From a virus: 64,000 nucleotides of DNA. A program made the position numbers and the translations under genes. The DNA is taken from IMG/VR virus record IMGVR_UViG_3300022696_000071, positions 41,748-105,747 of that record; one strand, written 5' to 3'. Of the stretch, positions 20,539-30,605 are shown piece by piece (the first letter of the stretch is position 1; every line of letters starts with the position of its first letter). A model generated the notes under the pieces. The model was not told the origin of the DNA and did not search any database. It worked only from the letters and a program-made list of their open reading frames with translations.

Positions 20539-21099
20539 ATGAGTGGAATTAAAATAATTAATAAGATTAGAATTATGAAGAAGTTTGGAACGATTGATGC
20601 TTCATTATCTGAAAGATATAAAATAATAGATGTAACATCAAATACACATCATCCATTTATAAAATTTTCTCCATTTTATCCGGATGATGGCCCAATTCCT
20701 GTTCCATTCTGGCCTGGAAAATTCTCAAAAACAGTAGAGGGAGTATGGCAGGGATTAAAAGTATTCAAAGACGATGGTGTAGATGAAAGCAAATTCAAAA
20801 TATCTAATATGAAAAATTTAAAGAGGAAGGGTATACCTCTTGGTCATTTTCGAAATGATACACAATCGTTACTCAATTTATATTTAGCAAGAAAACTTAT
20901 ATATCTTCCATCATATAGATATAAGCTTGAACATTATTTATCTGAAGAAATAAAAATGTTAAAAGATATTGTATTTAATACACCAGTGATACTTCTCGAT
21001 TTTTCAGTTAATGCAAGTCTAACTAATCACAAAGAACCATTATCTCATGCTCAATTAATAAAACATTATTTAGAAAACGAGTGGGAGAGTTTAAGATGA
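20539..21099 (+). CDS. hypothetical protein
   Basis: ORF with SD aaggag. No motif confidently assignable. Confidence 0.3.
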   Translation: MSGIKIINKIRIMKKFGTIDASLSERYKIIDVTSNTHHPFIKFSPFYPDDGPIPVPFWPGKFSKTVEGVWQGLKVFKDDGVDESKFKISNMKNLKRKGIPLGHFRNDTQSLLNLYLARKLIYLPSYRYKLEHYLSEEIKMLKDIVFNTPVILLDFSVNASLTNHKEPLSHAQLIKHYLENEWESLR

Positions 21100-21310
21100 C
21101 TGAACCAAGAATTATAAAAACAATGGGTCATTGTTACAATGGTACTGGTTGGGAAAAATGTTCATTTTATAAATTCAGTGAAGTTAAAAAAGTAGGAATG
21201 TGTAAACTATTTGGTGGAGTAAATGGTGTTGAAAAAAATTCTTCCGAATCATTAGTTTTATGCAATAAATTGTATGGCGAGCATTATGAAGGTAAACCTT
21301 AATAATCAAA

Positions 21311-21700
21311 ATGGAGAAATGCATTATGAATGATGATTTTAATCGTCAAATGTGTGCCGCAAAAATGTGTGTATCATTATTAATTTTTATCACTATAATG
21401 CTTATGTGCAAATTTGCATTTGGTGGTACATACGCAATTGTTTGGAATAAAGAATCACGATCTATAAGCGATACTGTATTTCAGACAATTGATGGTAAAC
21501 ACACAATCGCTATTATTGGTAAAAAAACAACACAAAAAATGTTATTCGAATCATTGGGAACAGAAGAAGTCACCTTCATTCATAAAACAGATGATCAAGC
21601 AACTGTTCCCATAAAAAATCAAGAGTTTCATATTGTAGTATATAGTGATAGAATTGACATATTGAAAGGGTCATTTATATTAATTCTATCACTTGAATAA
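21311..21700 (+). CDS. hypothetical membrane/secreted protein
   Basis: Hydrophobic N-terminal segment. Confidence 0.3.
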   Translation: MEKCIMNDDFNRQMCAAKMCVSLLIFITIMLMCKFAFGGTYAIVWNKESRSISDTVFQTIDGKHTIAIIGKKTTQKMLFESLGTEEVTFIHKTDDQATVPIKNQEFHIVVYSDRIDILKGSFILILSLE

Positions 21701-21715
21701 AGTCGATTTAAAACC

Positions 21716-21749
21716 GGGGGATATACGGATAATATCCCCCAGTTTTTTT
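21716..21749. terminator. bidirectional Rho-independent terminator
   Basis: GGGGGATAT-7nt-ATATCCCCC followed by T7. It lies between convergent genes at 21311-21700 (+) and 21751-22095 (-). Confidence 0.65.
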
Positions 21750-21750
21750 G

Positions 21751-22095
21751 TTAGAATCGATATGATTTACCGTTAAGTATTCTTTTATAATGCTTAATTT
21801 GTTCTTCATCTATATCATATCGTCTATCAATTATAAACATAGCAATTAATTCATTAAATAATATAACTCCAACACATACAGCTATAGTTATAAACATTGG
21901 TCTGACAAGCATAAGAGATATGATATACAAGAACAAATGAGTATGAAATCTATTTGAAATATCTATGAATTTATCAATAGATATTTTAAATACTTTTTTC
22001 AACCGAATTCCCCATTTTAACGATCTGAAGACCGTAATCGCTTGAAAAATTGAAATGATAAATAACGCTTTAAGTATTTCCATAGCGATAACCAT
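21751..22095 (-). CDS. hypothetical membrane protein
   Basis: Multiple hydrophobic helices. Confidence 0.3.
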   Translation of the reverse strand: MVIAMEILKALFIISIFQAITVFRSLKWGIRLKKVFKISIDKFIDISNRFHTHLFLYIISLMLVRPMFITIAVCVGVILFNELIAMFIIDRRYDIDEEQIKHYKRILNGKSYRF

Positions 22096-22201
22096 ATTGA
22101 TAATTTCTCCTTATATTTTTCTATTGGTATGGTTAATGCAATATCTCCAGTTTTTGAATTAATATACATTCTCACTTTTGGCAATACTATTTTATGATAT
22201 A

Positions 22202-22693
22202 TCACCCCTTTACTATCAATATATGATTCGTATACATATATATGCTTACAATGTTGACATTTATATATATATTCTCATCATTATTTCCTTTATACTTATA
22301 TTTATAAGTTTTTCCATCAAAATACGTAATAGTCATATCTGCACTAAATAGACAATATAATAGTTTATTATCTTTGTCAAATAAACTATTGCAGCTAACA
22401 CATCTTCTCATATTTTTTATAATATTTGCTTTTCTACGATCTATTAGAGAAAACAATATCACAAACAAAGGCATCATAAATATACCACAAGTAACATAGA
22501 TTGAAGGAACATCAAGAAATCTCAGAAAATTTGGAATAATTATTGATGAAATTATCAATAAGCACAATATAATCATCTTGAATTCTTTACGATATAGATA
22601 TTGCATAGCAAGCATTGCCATTATCATTCCATAAATAATCATATAAACACTATTTATAATCATCTGACTTATCATATCTTGTCTTCTCCTCAT
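22202..22693 (-). CDS. hypothetical membrane protein with a zinc-ribbon
   Basis: TM helices plus CVSCNS...C motif. Confidence 0.3.
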   Translation of the reverse strand: MRRRQDMISQMIINSVYMIIYGMIMAMLAMQYLYRKEFKMIILCLLIISSIIIPNFLRFLDVPSIYVTCGIFMMPLFVILFSLIDRRKANIIKNMRRCVSCNSLFDKDNKLLYCLFSADMTITYFDGKTYKYKYKGNNDENIYINVNIVSIYMYTNHILIVKG

Positions 22694-23267
22694 ATCTCAA
22701 TTCAAGATTACTGCTTATATCGCTACTAATCACAAATTCAGTCTTTGAAGATCTTGTAGACAATTGAACAGTATATCTATCAAATCGACGATTATAATCA
22801 TATGGTATATCTTTTCCACATACATTACATGAAAATGACATATCAGAAGATTCTAAGAAATGCAATCTATTTACTTTTCCAGATCTTAAATTAATAATTC
22901 TGACAACATTCAATTTATATGAGTTTATTATTTCATGTAATGGTTTTCCGCATTTATTGCATACAGCATGAACTCTATCTTTACTTTTATGCTTTATACT
23001 AACATAAACTAAAAATACCATAACTATACAAAATCCAATAGATCCAATTAAATAATTGAAAAATAGTTTATAATTATTAGAACCAAACAGAAATATAATT
23101 ATAAATATCCCAATTGTAAATAATACACATACATATGTTAACATTATATATTTTCTTGATCTAATATTATCGTATATATAATACACCATTAAGGAGGCAT
23201 TATAAACCGATGCAATTATTCCGATCATCAATAATAATCCAATGACATTATACATAATATGATTCAT
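22650..23267 (-). CDS. hypothetical membrane protein with C-terminal Cys4 zinc ribbon
   Basis: CNKCGKP...CNVCGK. Several TM helices. Confidence 0.3.
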   Translation of the reverse strand: MNHIMYNVIGLLLMIGIIASVYNASLMVYYIYDNIRSRKYIMLTYVCVLFTIGIFIIIFLFGSNNYKLFFNYLIGSIGFCIVMVFLVYVSIKHKSKDRVHAVCNKCGKPLHEIINSYKLNVVRIINLRSGKVNRLHFLESSDMSFSCNVCGKDIPYDYNRRFDRYTVQLSTRSSKTEFVISSDISSNLELRYEEKTRYDKSDDYK

Positions 23268-23273
23268 AATTAT

Positions 23274-23591
23274 CTACTCCTTATTAAGTTTTCTCCATCC
23301 AATACTGCAACATATAAAATATTCATCCATATTTTGGTCATAAATTACATCACCACATGATGTAGATCTCGATTCTTTATACCATTTAATTGATCTGTTC
23401 TTCCACCATTCTTGTTCAATATGATTAGTATCTGCAAATATTTTAGTAAATGTATATGGTGAAGATAATTTATCAGAGAGTTCTAATGTGGCAACATGTT
23501 CGTAATCATCTGGATTAAATTTTTTTATATCTTCAAATTCTCCAATCATTATCCGACTATCTGTAGCATGATATACTTTAAATTCTCTCAT
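23274..23591 (-). CDS. hypothetical protein
   Basis: ORF only. Confidence 0.25.
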   Translation of the reverse strand: MREFKVYHATDSRIMIGEFEDIKKFNPDDYEHVATLELSDKLSSPYTFTKIFADTNHIEQEWWKNRSIKWYKESRSTSCGDVIYDQNMDEYFICCSIGWRKLNKE

Positions 23592-24076
23592 TATAATTCT
23601 TCCTCCTCATTATCATCATTCTCTTCAATTTCTTCGATATAATTTTTAATGGCTTCACCAAGACTACGATTAGAATCGGGTTCCATTTCTTCTTCATCAT
23701 CTTCCATAAATTCATTACTCTCATCTATAGCCATTTCTATTTCCATACTTTTATCTTCACGATTTTCAATAATATCATCGAGACAATCAACCAACTCTTC
23801 TACAGTTTCTACAAACACATCATCATTATCATCATGATCATACATCTCAGATTCTTCAAGATTATCTGTATCTGATTCTACACTCATACGCTCATTTGCA
23901 GCACGAGCAAGAGAATCGTTAATTGGTACAAATTGATTGTCATAAGTTGGCTCAATATCAAATTCAGTTTCATATTCATTTGATTCTTTCATTTTTTTGT
24001 TAATAATATAACAAAAAATAAATGAACACACCAATAAAGAAATAAAAATCACACCAATAAACATATCAATTTCCAT
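23591..24076 (-). CDS. hypothetical membrane-anchored acidic protein
   Basis: N-terminal TM helix followed by a D/E-rich tail. Confidence 0.3.
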   Translation of the reverse strand: MEIDMFIGVIFISLLVCSFIFCYIINKKMKESNEYETEFDIEPTYDNQFVPINDSLARAANERMSVESDTDNLEESEMYDHDDNDDVFVETVEELVDCLDDIIENREDKSMEIEMAIDESNEFMEDDEEEMEPDSNRSLGEAIKNYIEEIEENDDNEEEEL

Positions 24077-24106
24077 GATTCATCTCCTTTTCAAATAATT
24101 AATTTT

Positions 24107-24376
24107 TTATTTTTTTCTATCCCGATTAGTTATTATTTTAAATAATTCTACTGAACTGCCATACTCTTTATATCTAATAGATAATTCTAATAAATCATCA
24201 TATGGATTATTTCCATCTATTATTATTCTTTTCTCACTTATATCTCCTTCTTCTTTTATTCTTATCTCCATATGAAATCCACCATCATGACTAACTGGTC
24301 CAAAACCAACATCTGTTTTACGACCATCTACAATAGCATCTACCCAAAAATTTCTTACACCACGACTCCATCCCAT
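24107..24376 (-). CDS. hypothetical protein
   Basis: ORF only. Confidence 0.25.
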   Translation of the reverse strand: MGWSRGVRNFWVDAIVDGRKTDVGFGPVSHDGGFHMEIRIKEEGDISEKRIIIDGNNPYDDLLELSIRYKEYGSSVELFKIITNRDRKK

Positions 24377-24390
24377 AATACTCTCCTATT

Positions 24391-24954
24391 TTAAATCATT
24401 GATAATATATCTTCTTCTGAAGCTGGATAGTAATCCCATACATCAACACCGACATTTAAAAAGTTTTTATTTGCTACAAATTGATCATGAATATGACCAC
24501 ATAAAAATTGTGTTTTTATATTTTTTACTGGATATTTGTATATATAAGCTGGATCATGTATTAATGTAACATTTAAACCATTCATTAATTTAAGATCTAA
24601 TGATGTATGTACTGATTCGAATCCAAGATCAAGATAAAATTGTGGGTCTTTTACATCATGATTTCCAAGTATTAAATGAAATCGTCCATTCAGTTTATTG
24701 ATTATTCTTTCATAAAATGGTCTATGTGATTTTGGTTTTAAAGAAAAATCACCAAGCATATAAACTTCAGTATCATTATTCATTATTCTTTTATTATGAC
24801 AAGTTATAATATGCTTATCCATCTTATCAGTTGTTGGAAAATCTCTTAATCCTATATTTACTAAATGCTGATGACCAAAATGTTGATCTGCTGTAAAAAA
24901 ACGCATTTGATTCTCCTTTCGTGTGGATGGATATTTAATTATACCCATCCACAC
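24391..24954 (-). CDS. calcineurin-like metallophosphoesterase (Ser/Thr phosphatase-like)
   Basis: DQHFGH, GDFS, LGNHD and CGHIHD metal-ligand motifs in canonical order. Confidence 0.55.
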   Translation of the reverse strand: MWMGIIKYPSTRKENQMRFFTADQHFGHQHLVNIGLRDFPTTDKMDKHIITCHNKRIMNNDTEVYMLGDFSLKPKSHRPFYERIINKLNGRFHLILGNHDVKDPQFYLDLGFESVHTSLDLKLMNGLNVTLIHDPAYIYKYPVKNIKTQFLCGHIHDQFVANKNFLNVGVDVWDYYPASEEDILSMI

Positions 24955-24960
24955 ATTGTG

Positions 24961-26016
24961 TTAAAATTTGAAGTTTATTTTAACTTCCCCGTGCTCGTCG
25001 ATTGTAACACCTTTTTCTTCGAGAGCACGGAATGATGCCACCATGTCGATTGTATTTTGCTCGAATGGCTTCAGCCGCTCAATTTCCTCATTGAGCATAT
25101 CGATTTCAGCATCTTTATTCTCAAGCTCTTCTATTTTCGGCTTAAGTTTTTCAAACGCTTCGAGTTTAGATTCGAGACTACGAACTTGATCTCTATACTT
25201 TGTGATGACTGTATTTAACTGAGCAAGTTCATCGATATATTCAGCATTCTTTTTACGAATGCTTTTTAAACTATTCAACTCTTGCCGAACTTTGATCAGT
25301 TCGCTTTCCATCTTTTCGGCATGGGCCACTTTTCCAAGAAGTCCAATCCCTATAAGTTCAGCAAGCTTGAGATTTTCATTCGATATAAATTTCCCATCTT
25401 CTTCCGATGATTCTTTGACATCATCTTCAGAAATGATGTCAATTTGCTCTTTTGGAATAGATGGTTCGGGTTTAAATTTTTCAAACCCATTATTTTCAAG
25501 CTTCCCAACCATTTTCTCATTATAGAATTTAATCGCTTCTTCGGTTAACACATAGTTGAAAGCTCTACCACTTTGAGTGGTGTCTCCAACTTCAATCATC
25601 CCTTTCTTTCGATAGGTATAAATGACGTTACCGACATGTTTTGAGTTATTAAACCCATCAATATTATGTAACACGTCGATCACGTCGAATTTATCTTCGA
25701 TATCATACGTCTTACATATACGAAAAAACAACTCTTCGTATGTAAGATTCGGTTGAGATTCAGAATCAGAAGAAATTGATTCTTCATCAGTTTCTGAGCT
25801 AATGAAGACGCTTGGATTAGGGCCTTTACCTTGTTTAATCATTTTAATTTTCCCCGACATTTCTGCTTGTCGAAGAAAACCAAAAATGTTATCCGATTTC
25901 TTAAACCCCCTATTCATACCGATTTCATTTATCACAGGCTTTGTTATTTTTTTGTTTGATTGAATTAGTTCAGCCAAAATTTCTTCGAACTGTTTCTTGT
26001 TCATGCTTCTCTCCAT
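24961..26016 (-). CDS. coiled-coil protein with N-terminal HTH-like region
   Basis: Long heptad-repeat C-terminus. Basic helical N-terminus. Confidence 0.3.
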   Translation of the reverse strand: MERSMNKKQFEEILAELIQSNKKITKPVINEIGMNRGFKKSDNIFGFLRQAEMSGKIKMIKQGKGPNPSVFISSETDEESISSDSESQPNLTYEELFFRICKTYDIEDKFDVIDVLHNIDGFNNSKHVGNVIYTYRKKGMIEVGDTTQSGRAFNYVLTEEAIKFYNEKMVGKLENNGFEKFKPEPSIPKEQIDIISEDDVKESSEEDGKFISNENLKLAELIGIGLLGKVAHAEKMESELIKVRQELNSLKSIRKKNAEYIDELAQLNTVITKYRDQVRSLESKLEAFEKLKPKIEELENKDAEIDMLNEEIERLKPFEQNTIDMVASFRALEEKGVTIDEHGEVKINFKF

Positions 26017-26102
26017 TTTAACTCCTTTTTTGTTGGTGTGGTTGGTGGTGTAAAAATATAATAAACAATACTACTTAGAATTTAATATATATAATAAATA
26101 AA

Positions 26103-26639
26103 TTATGTAACAATTGTCATAGTATTAAGATCTAAATAATTTATTTCTTTTTTACATACTAATATATATTTAATACAATTAAATGTTCCACCATTCCGCT
26201 TACCATTCCAAACAGCAAGAGCGATATCTGAATTATTAACGATCCATCTATTTCGTTTGTCCATCTTATAATGTTCATATCCTGGAGAAGAGACATATAC
26301 AATTTTATCACATTGTTTTAATATAGAAAAATATTCTAACTGATGTCTATGTGACCATTTTATTTCTTGACCTTTAAATGGAACAGCAGCTATTAGTTCA
26401 CAATTATATCCATTTTGTTTTAATTTTATAACAGCATTAGCAAACAATTGATCTGCTCCAATTGCCATTCCTGTTATAAAAGATACATCATTATATTTAT
26501 CACACTTATCTTTACACCACTCAATCATCAATTCAAGAATCTTATATTCTATAGAAATATCTTTTTTATTTGTTAAGGACAAACTAAATGGATATAGTTC
26601 TCTATGTCCAGTAACCATACAATTCATATCAACCTCCAT
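26103..26639 (-). CDS. SLOG-fold (DUF1273/YpsA-like) Rossmann-type protein
   Basis: TGHR...GMAIGADQ...AVWNGKRNGGT pattern typical of YpsA/DprA-LOG superfamily members. Confidence 0.35.
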   Translation of the reverse strand: MEVDMNCMVTGHRELYPFSLSLTNKKDISIEYKILELMIEWCKDKCDKYNDVSFITGMAIGADQLFANAVIKLKQNGYNCELIAAVPFKGQEIKWSHRHQLEYFSILKQCDKIVYVSSPGYEHYKMDKRNRWIVNNSDIALAVWNGKRNGGTFNCIKYILVCKKEINYLDLNTMTIVT

Positions 26640-26671
26640 TAACGTCTTTAATTATATTAAGCACTTAGACG

Positions 26672-27574
26672 TTGTGCTTTAAAAGGAGAAACATTATGGT
26701 ACACTCAATTCAATTTGTTGCATCAGTAAAATGTGGTAATCGATTTTTACAAGAAATGAAAAATGAAGATGGTCTTCATAATGTCTTCTTACCATTTGGT
26801 TCAGAATATCAGATATTTCTGAAAAATTTAAATACAAAAAAGGCAAATGTAAGAATTAATATTGATGGAGAAGATGTTCTTGATGGTAACTCTTTATTGG
26901 TTTATCCTAATGATCACTTTATCTTAGATGGATTCTTAAAAAGAAACATTGTAAAGAATAGATTTAAATTTATAGAAAAGACTGAAAAGATAAGTGATTA
27001 TCGTGGAGACAAAATCGATGATGGGATAATTAGAATTGAATTTGCATATGAAGCTGAAGAGAAGAAAGAAATAGTACAAAAAGATCCCAATATTAAGATC
27101 AGTGTAGAACCACAGAAAATTGTAGAAGAGCATCATCATTATCATTATGATAATATACAGTTCTATCATGACCCTATATCATCCACAAATGCATCTGTTG
27201 GATTCGATTCAGTTCAAGCTACATACTCGGCAGATCAAACTAAAAGTGGAACGCTACAAGGAAATATTGTACTTGATTCTCTTCCAGAAAGTACTGTTGT
27301 AGCTGATTCACTTGATCAAAATCAGAATGGTATAACTACATATGGTTCATTGGTGAATAAAGAATTACAATATGGATATATTGGGAAATTAGAAGAACCA
27401 CAAGTTATATTGATTAAATTAAAAGGAGATCTTGGTGTAAATACTGATGATAAAGAAATATTGGTTGAAGAACCAATTACCAAGAAAACAAAACTTAATT
27501 GTAATACTTGTGGTACGATATATAAACTTGGTGCAAAATATTGCTCTGAATGTGGAACTTATTTGCAAACTTGA
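26672..27574 (+). CDS. hypothetical protein with C-terminal zinc ribbon
   Basis: CNTCGTIYKLGAKYCSECGTY at the C-terminus. Confidence 0.3.
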   Translation: MCFKRRNIMVHSIQFVASVKCGNRFLQEMKNEDGLHNVFLPFGSEYQIFLKNLNTKKANVRINIDGEDVLDGNSLLVYPNDHFILDGFLKRNIVKNRFKFIEKTEKISDYRGDKIDDGIIRIEFAYEAEEKKEIVQKDPNIKISVEPQKIVEEHHHYHYDNIQFYHDPISSTNASVGFDSVQATYSADQTKSGTLQGNIVLDSLPESTVVADSLDQNQNGITTYGSLVNKELQYGYIGKLEEPQVILIKLKGDLGVNTDDKEILVEEPITKKTKLNCNTCGTIYKLGAKYCSECGTYLQT

Positions 27575-27741
27575 TTATATATATGAAATTATGAATCTGT
27601 TCGAAGAACAGTAGACTCAACTTGAGATAGTAAAAATATTTACAAGCTCAGAGTAGAGAGGACTGTCCTTTATAAATCAACAAAAAAATAATCGGGTCAT
27701 TATCTCGTAATTGAGACATATGACCCGATTATTTTTACCCT

Positions 27742-28785
27742 CTATATGGAAAACGATTTGGAAGCATGAAACTTCCCATCTTTCTGCCAATCTTTCGTTG
27801 TGAATATCGAAGTATAGAGAATACGGGATCTGATGAATACTGCTTGACCCCGAAACTGCTTATTTTCGATTGTTCTTACTTCGAATTCTTCTCCATCATG
27901 AGTAACAGAATCATCTTTGCTCATGGTGAAATTGTCTTTGATGAATTCACGAACAACCCCTTTCGTTTGATCATCTTCAAACTTGGATGCAGAAATGTAT
28001 TCTCGTTTTAGATCATTAAGAGAATTGATCTTTCGAATATTCAGAGATTTCCGATTGGCGGGTGCTTTCGGAGTTTCACCAAACTTCTTTCTATACTCCA
28101 ACACCAATGATCCATATGCTTCACGTATCAACGGTTTCCAAATTGCTTTGAAATATGCAAAATTTGGTGAACGCTCTATGCCGACAACTGAACCATCCAC
28201 GAGAATAATAGCACCGATTTGATTGTGAACCAATTCGAACTCTGCAACGAATTTATCCAATTCTTCTTCAAATTGGTCCATGTAATCTTCAAGATGCCCT
28301 CTTGCTCTTAACCCAAGTTTGGAATTGAACTTTTCGATTGGTTCCCATAATCGATTATATCCTCGTATATCACGGGTATTTAATGCTGGTTCAAACAGAG
28401 ATTGTGGGAGTATCGAAAGCTTATGTTGTTCGCTTTTAAGATATCCCCCCGTAGATGACTGAATGCAACAAGCAGTCATAACATCTTTCGTTTCTTTTTT
28501 GTTCACCAAAGTAACGTGGGGAATTGCATGATCTTGACCCTGCCTCTTTTCCATATATGCAGAACCAAACGGGACGATTTGGACTTTATCTGATTTGTTC
28601 GTGAATTGAACAAATCCATAGTCCCTCGTTCCTACATATACATCAGTTGGAATAGCGAGATCTCCAAATTGAAGACTTGGATCATCAAGAATTAATGGGA
28701 TAATTTGCATATATCCTACCGATTGAATGCGTCCAGGTCTTAATCCTTTCAGAATGTCTTTTATATTCACATTAACTGTCGTCAT
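27742..28785 (-). CDS. hypothetical protein, likely co-transcribed downstream of the Ro60-like gene
   Basis: 3-nt gap to the upstream gene on the same strand. No recognisable motif. Confidence 0.3.
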   Translation of the reverse strand: MTTVNVNIKDILKGLRPGRIQSVGYMQIIPLILDDPSLQFGDLAIPTDVYVGTRDYGFVQFTNKSDKVQIVPFGSAYMEKRQGQDHAIPHVTLVNKKETKDVMTACCIQSSTGGYLKSEQHKLSILPQSLFEPALNTRDIRGYNRLWEPIEKFNSKLGLRARGHLEDYMDQFEEELDKFVAEFELVHNQIGAIILVDGSVVGIERSPNFAYFKAIWKPLIREAYGSLVLEYRKKFGETPKAPANRKSLNIRKINSLNDLKREYISASKFEDDQTKGVVREFIKDNFTMSKDDSVTHDGEEFEVRTIENKQFRGQAVFIRSRILYTSIFTTKDWQKDGKFHASKSFSI

Positions 28786-28787
28786 AT

Positions 28788-30413
28788 CTATTCACCTCCT
28801 TCAATCATCCCTGAAATATATTTATCATAGATACCAATCAATCCAGCGCATACATCATGTTTCAAAACATCAATAAGTTGACGTTTCACCACATTGGCTG
28901 GATCAAATACGGGTACAGGTACGAGATCATCCGACATTTGACGTACCGATGTCGAGTCATTTGAAGCAACCGGATTCATATGTGAAATCGGAGTTTTATA
29001 TCCGATCTTCTTCAATGCGCGTATGACTTCATTAACTCTTCCAGCGGGAGCATTTTCATATCCATCAGAAATGATGAATATTCCATCATATTCTTCATCT
29101 GATGTAACAATATTCACCAGTGGAGTTGCTATATCCGTATAACCTGTCGGTTTGTTATCGAATCGATACATGTTTCGACCAGATGTCAGAGCAATTGACT
29201 GCTTATTTGATGCTCTCCGTAATACTTCAATCATCGATTGACCAATACAATATGGTTTGAGTGCATTGGTGTCATCACCATATGATGATCGACTATCATC
29301 GAAAACAATTGCGATATTTTCATATGGAACAGATATAGATTCAGCGATTTTTTTCGCTTTTGTTCCAATCGCATTTTTGAGTTCATGGTCAAATCCCATT
29401 TCATGACCATATATGAATAAATCGACAATACCTTGAGCATATGGGTTGAATGAAACAGTCGTACCTGCTTTTGCAGCCGATTTCTGAGTTAACCGTCTCT
29501 CAGTATTTGTCATTGACCGTTTATCTGACGCAACGAGATTCAAGAAATCTTTTCGATTCACTGATTCATGATGATATGTTGCCCATATACCTTCAAGAGT
29601 GGTTTTAGGTAAACCTTTTCCGGCAGCGATATCGTCTTTCGCATCATGGAATTTTTTATGAATCGGTAACTTTCTCCGATCATTACCCAATGAGAAAGAA
29701 ATCGATTCATATAATTTCGGTCTATCTATACCATTAGCAACATGCCTGCCAATAGCAGATTTCAGAATTTCTTTTTCTTTTTGCTCAAGTGTTCTGAAAT
29801 CATCTTTATTGAGTATACCACGAAGCGCATTTGCCATCGATGATCCAACACCATGAGTTATTACTTCACTCATTTTTTTTCGATATTTCACAGATAGAAA
29901 ATCAATACCTTTTTGATTCAGTAACCATCTCAACATATACGAATGCGTTCTTGCGTTATTGATTCTTCTTCCTTTTAAATCATTGACCATGAATCGAAAA
30001 ATTCTTGCCGTATTCTGAATAGACATGGTTGCACGATCAATAATTTTAGTTTCTGTCTTTTGATCCAGAATTGATTCGGGGAATGCTGTCCAATTATTAG
30101 ACAAACATACAAAGATCATTTTCTGAATTGCAAAATCAGTGCATCCACCCATCAAATGAAGCATAGCATAAACACCTCGATCCATGGCGAATACGTCTTT
30201 ATGCACTCTCATAATTTGAGCTTCCATATCTTCTTTATCAAGATAATGGGTTGCTCTCCCGGTAGACACGGCGATAAGATTCATCAAAGAGTTAACCTTG
30301 ATCTGTAGATCAGCCATATCAGTTCTCTCTTTCAACTGATCAAGTCTGCGTTGGAATGCAATTCGTTGTGGTGTTGCCGGAACTGTTTGTTCACGCAGTA
30401 CAATCTCATTCAT
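28788..30413 (-). CDS. Ro60-like protein: alpha-helical TROVE-like N-terminal module plus C-terminal vWA domain with MIDAS
   Basis: 541 aa, the Ro60 size. C-terminal vWA with DxSxS MIDAS (IAIVFDDSRSSYGDDT) and IFIISDGYEN. A tRNA-like RNA lies immediately upstream, the architecture of bacterial rsr/Y-RNA loci. Confidence 0.4.
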   Translation of the reverse strand: MNEIVLREQTVPATPQRIAFQRRLDQLKERTDMADLQIKVNSLMNLIAVSTGRATHYLDKEDMEAQIMRVHKDVFAMDRGVYAMLHLMGGCTDFAIQKMIFVCLSNNWTAFPESILDQKTETKIIDRATMSIQNTARIFRFMVNDLKGRRINNARTHSYMLRWLLNQKGIDFLSVKYRKKMSEVITHGVGSSMANALRGILNKDDFRTLEQKEKEILKSAIGRHVANGIDRPKLYESISFSLGNDRRKLPIHKKFHDAKDDIAAGKGLPKTTLEGIWATYHHESVNRKDFLNLVASDKRSMTNTERRLTQKSAAKAGTTVSFNPYAQGIVDLFIYGHEMGFDHELKNAIGTKAKKIAESISVPYENIAIVFDDSRSSYGDDTNALKPYCIGQSMIEVLRRASNKQSIALTSGRNMYRFDNKPTGYTDIATPLVNIVTSDEEYDGIFIISDGYENAPAGRVNEVIRALKKIGYKTPISHMNPVASNDSTSVRQMSDDLVPVPVFDPANVVKRQLIDVLKHDVCAGLIGIYDKYISGMIEGGE

Positions 30414-30446
30414 AATAACACTCCTATAAGTATAATGTGGTTAAAT

Positions 30447-30585
30447 TGGTGGCAGGGGAAGGATTTGAACCTTCAATCTCCAGAATATGAATCTGACGAG
30501 TTACCTTTAACTGTAATGATTTAAAAGTCTCAAATTAAATCTGAGTAAATACTAAATCATAGTTGTTATTTTTTTCAACCCTGCC
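30447..30585 (-). ncRNA. tRNA-like/Y-RNA-like RNA: 7-bp terminal stem GGCAGGG/CCCUGCC-A-CCA, T-arm GAAGG-UUCAAAU-CCUUC, anticodon-like loop UUCAUAU (CAU), and a ~66-nt internal insertion ending in the conserved element
   Basis: Read directly on the minus strand. The 5' strand GGCAGGG lies ~130 nt upstream of the perfectly complementary 3' strand, which is followed by ACCA. Confidence 0.45.
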
Positions 30586-30605
30586 ACAAAATATGTAAAA
30601 TAAAT

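Noticed and set aside
23649-23837. Ser-rich plus-strand ORF
   Set aside because: Antisense reading of the D/E-rich minus-strand gene 23591-24076.
30447-30585. Reading the first tRNA-like unit as a UCA (Sec/opal-suppressor) tRNA
   Set aside because: That register breaks the U33/purine-37 rule and the anticodon stem pairing. The CAU register fits a 5-bp stem and 7-nt loop.
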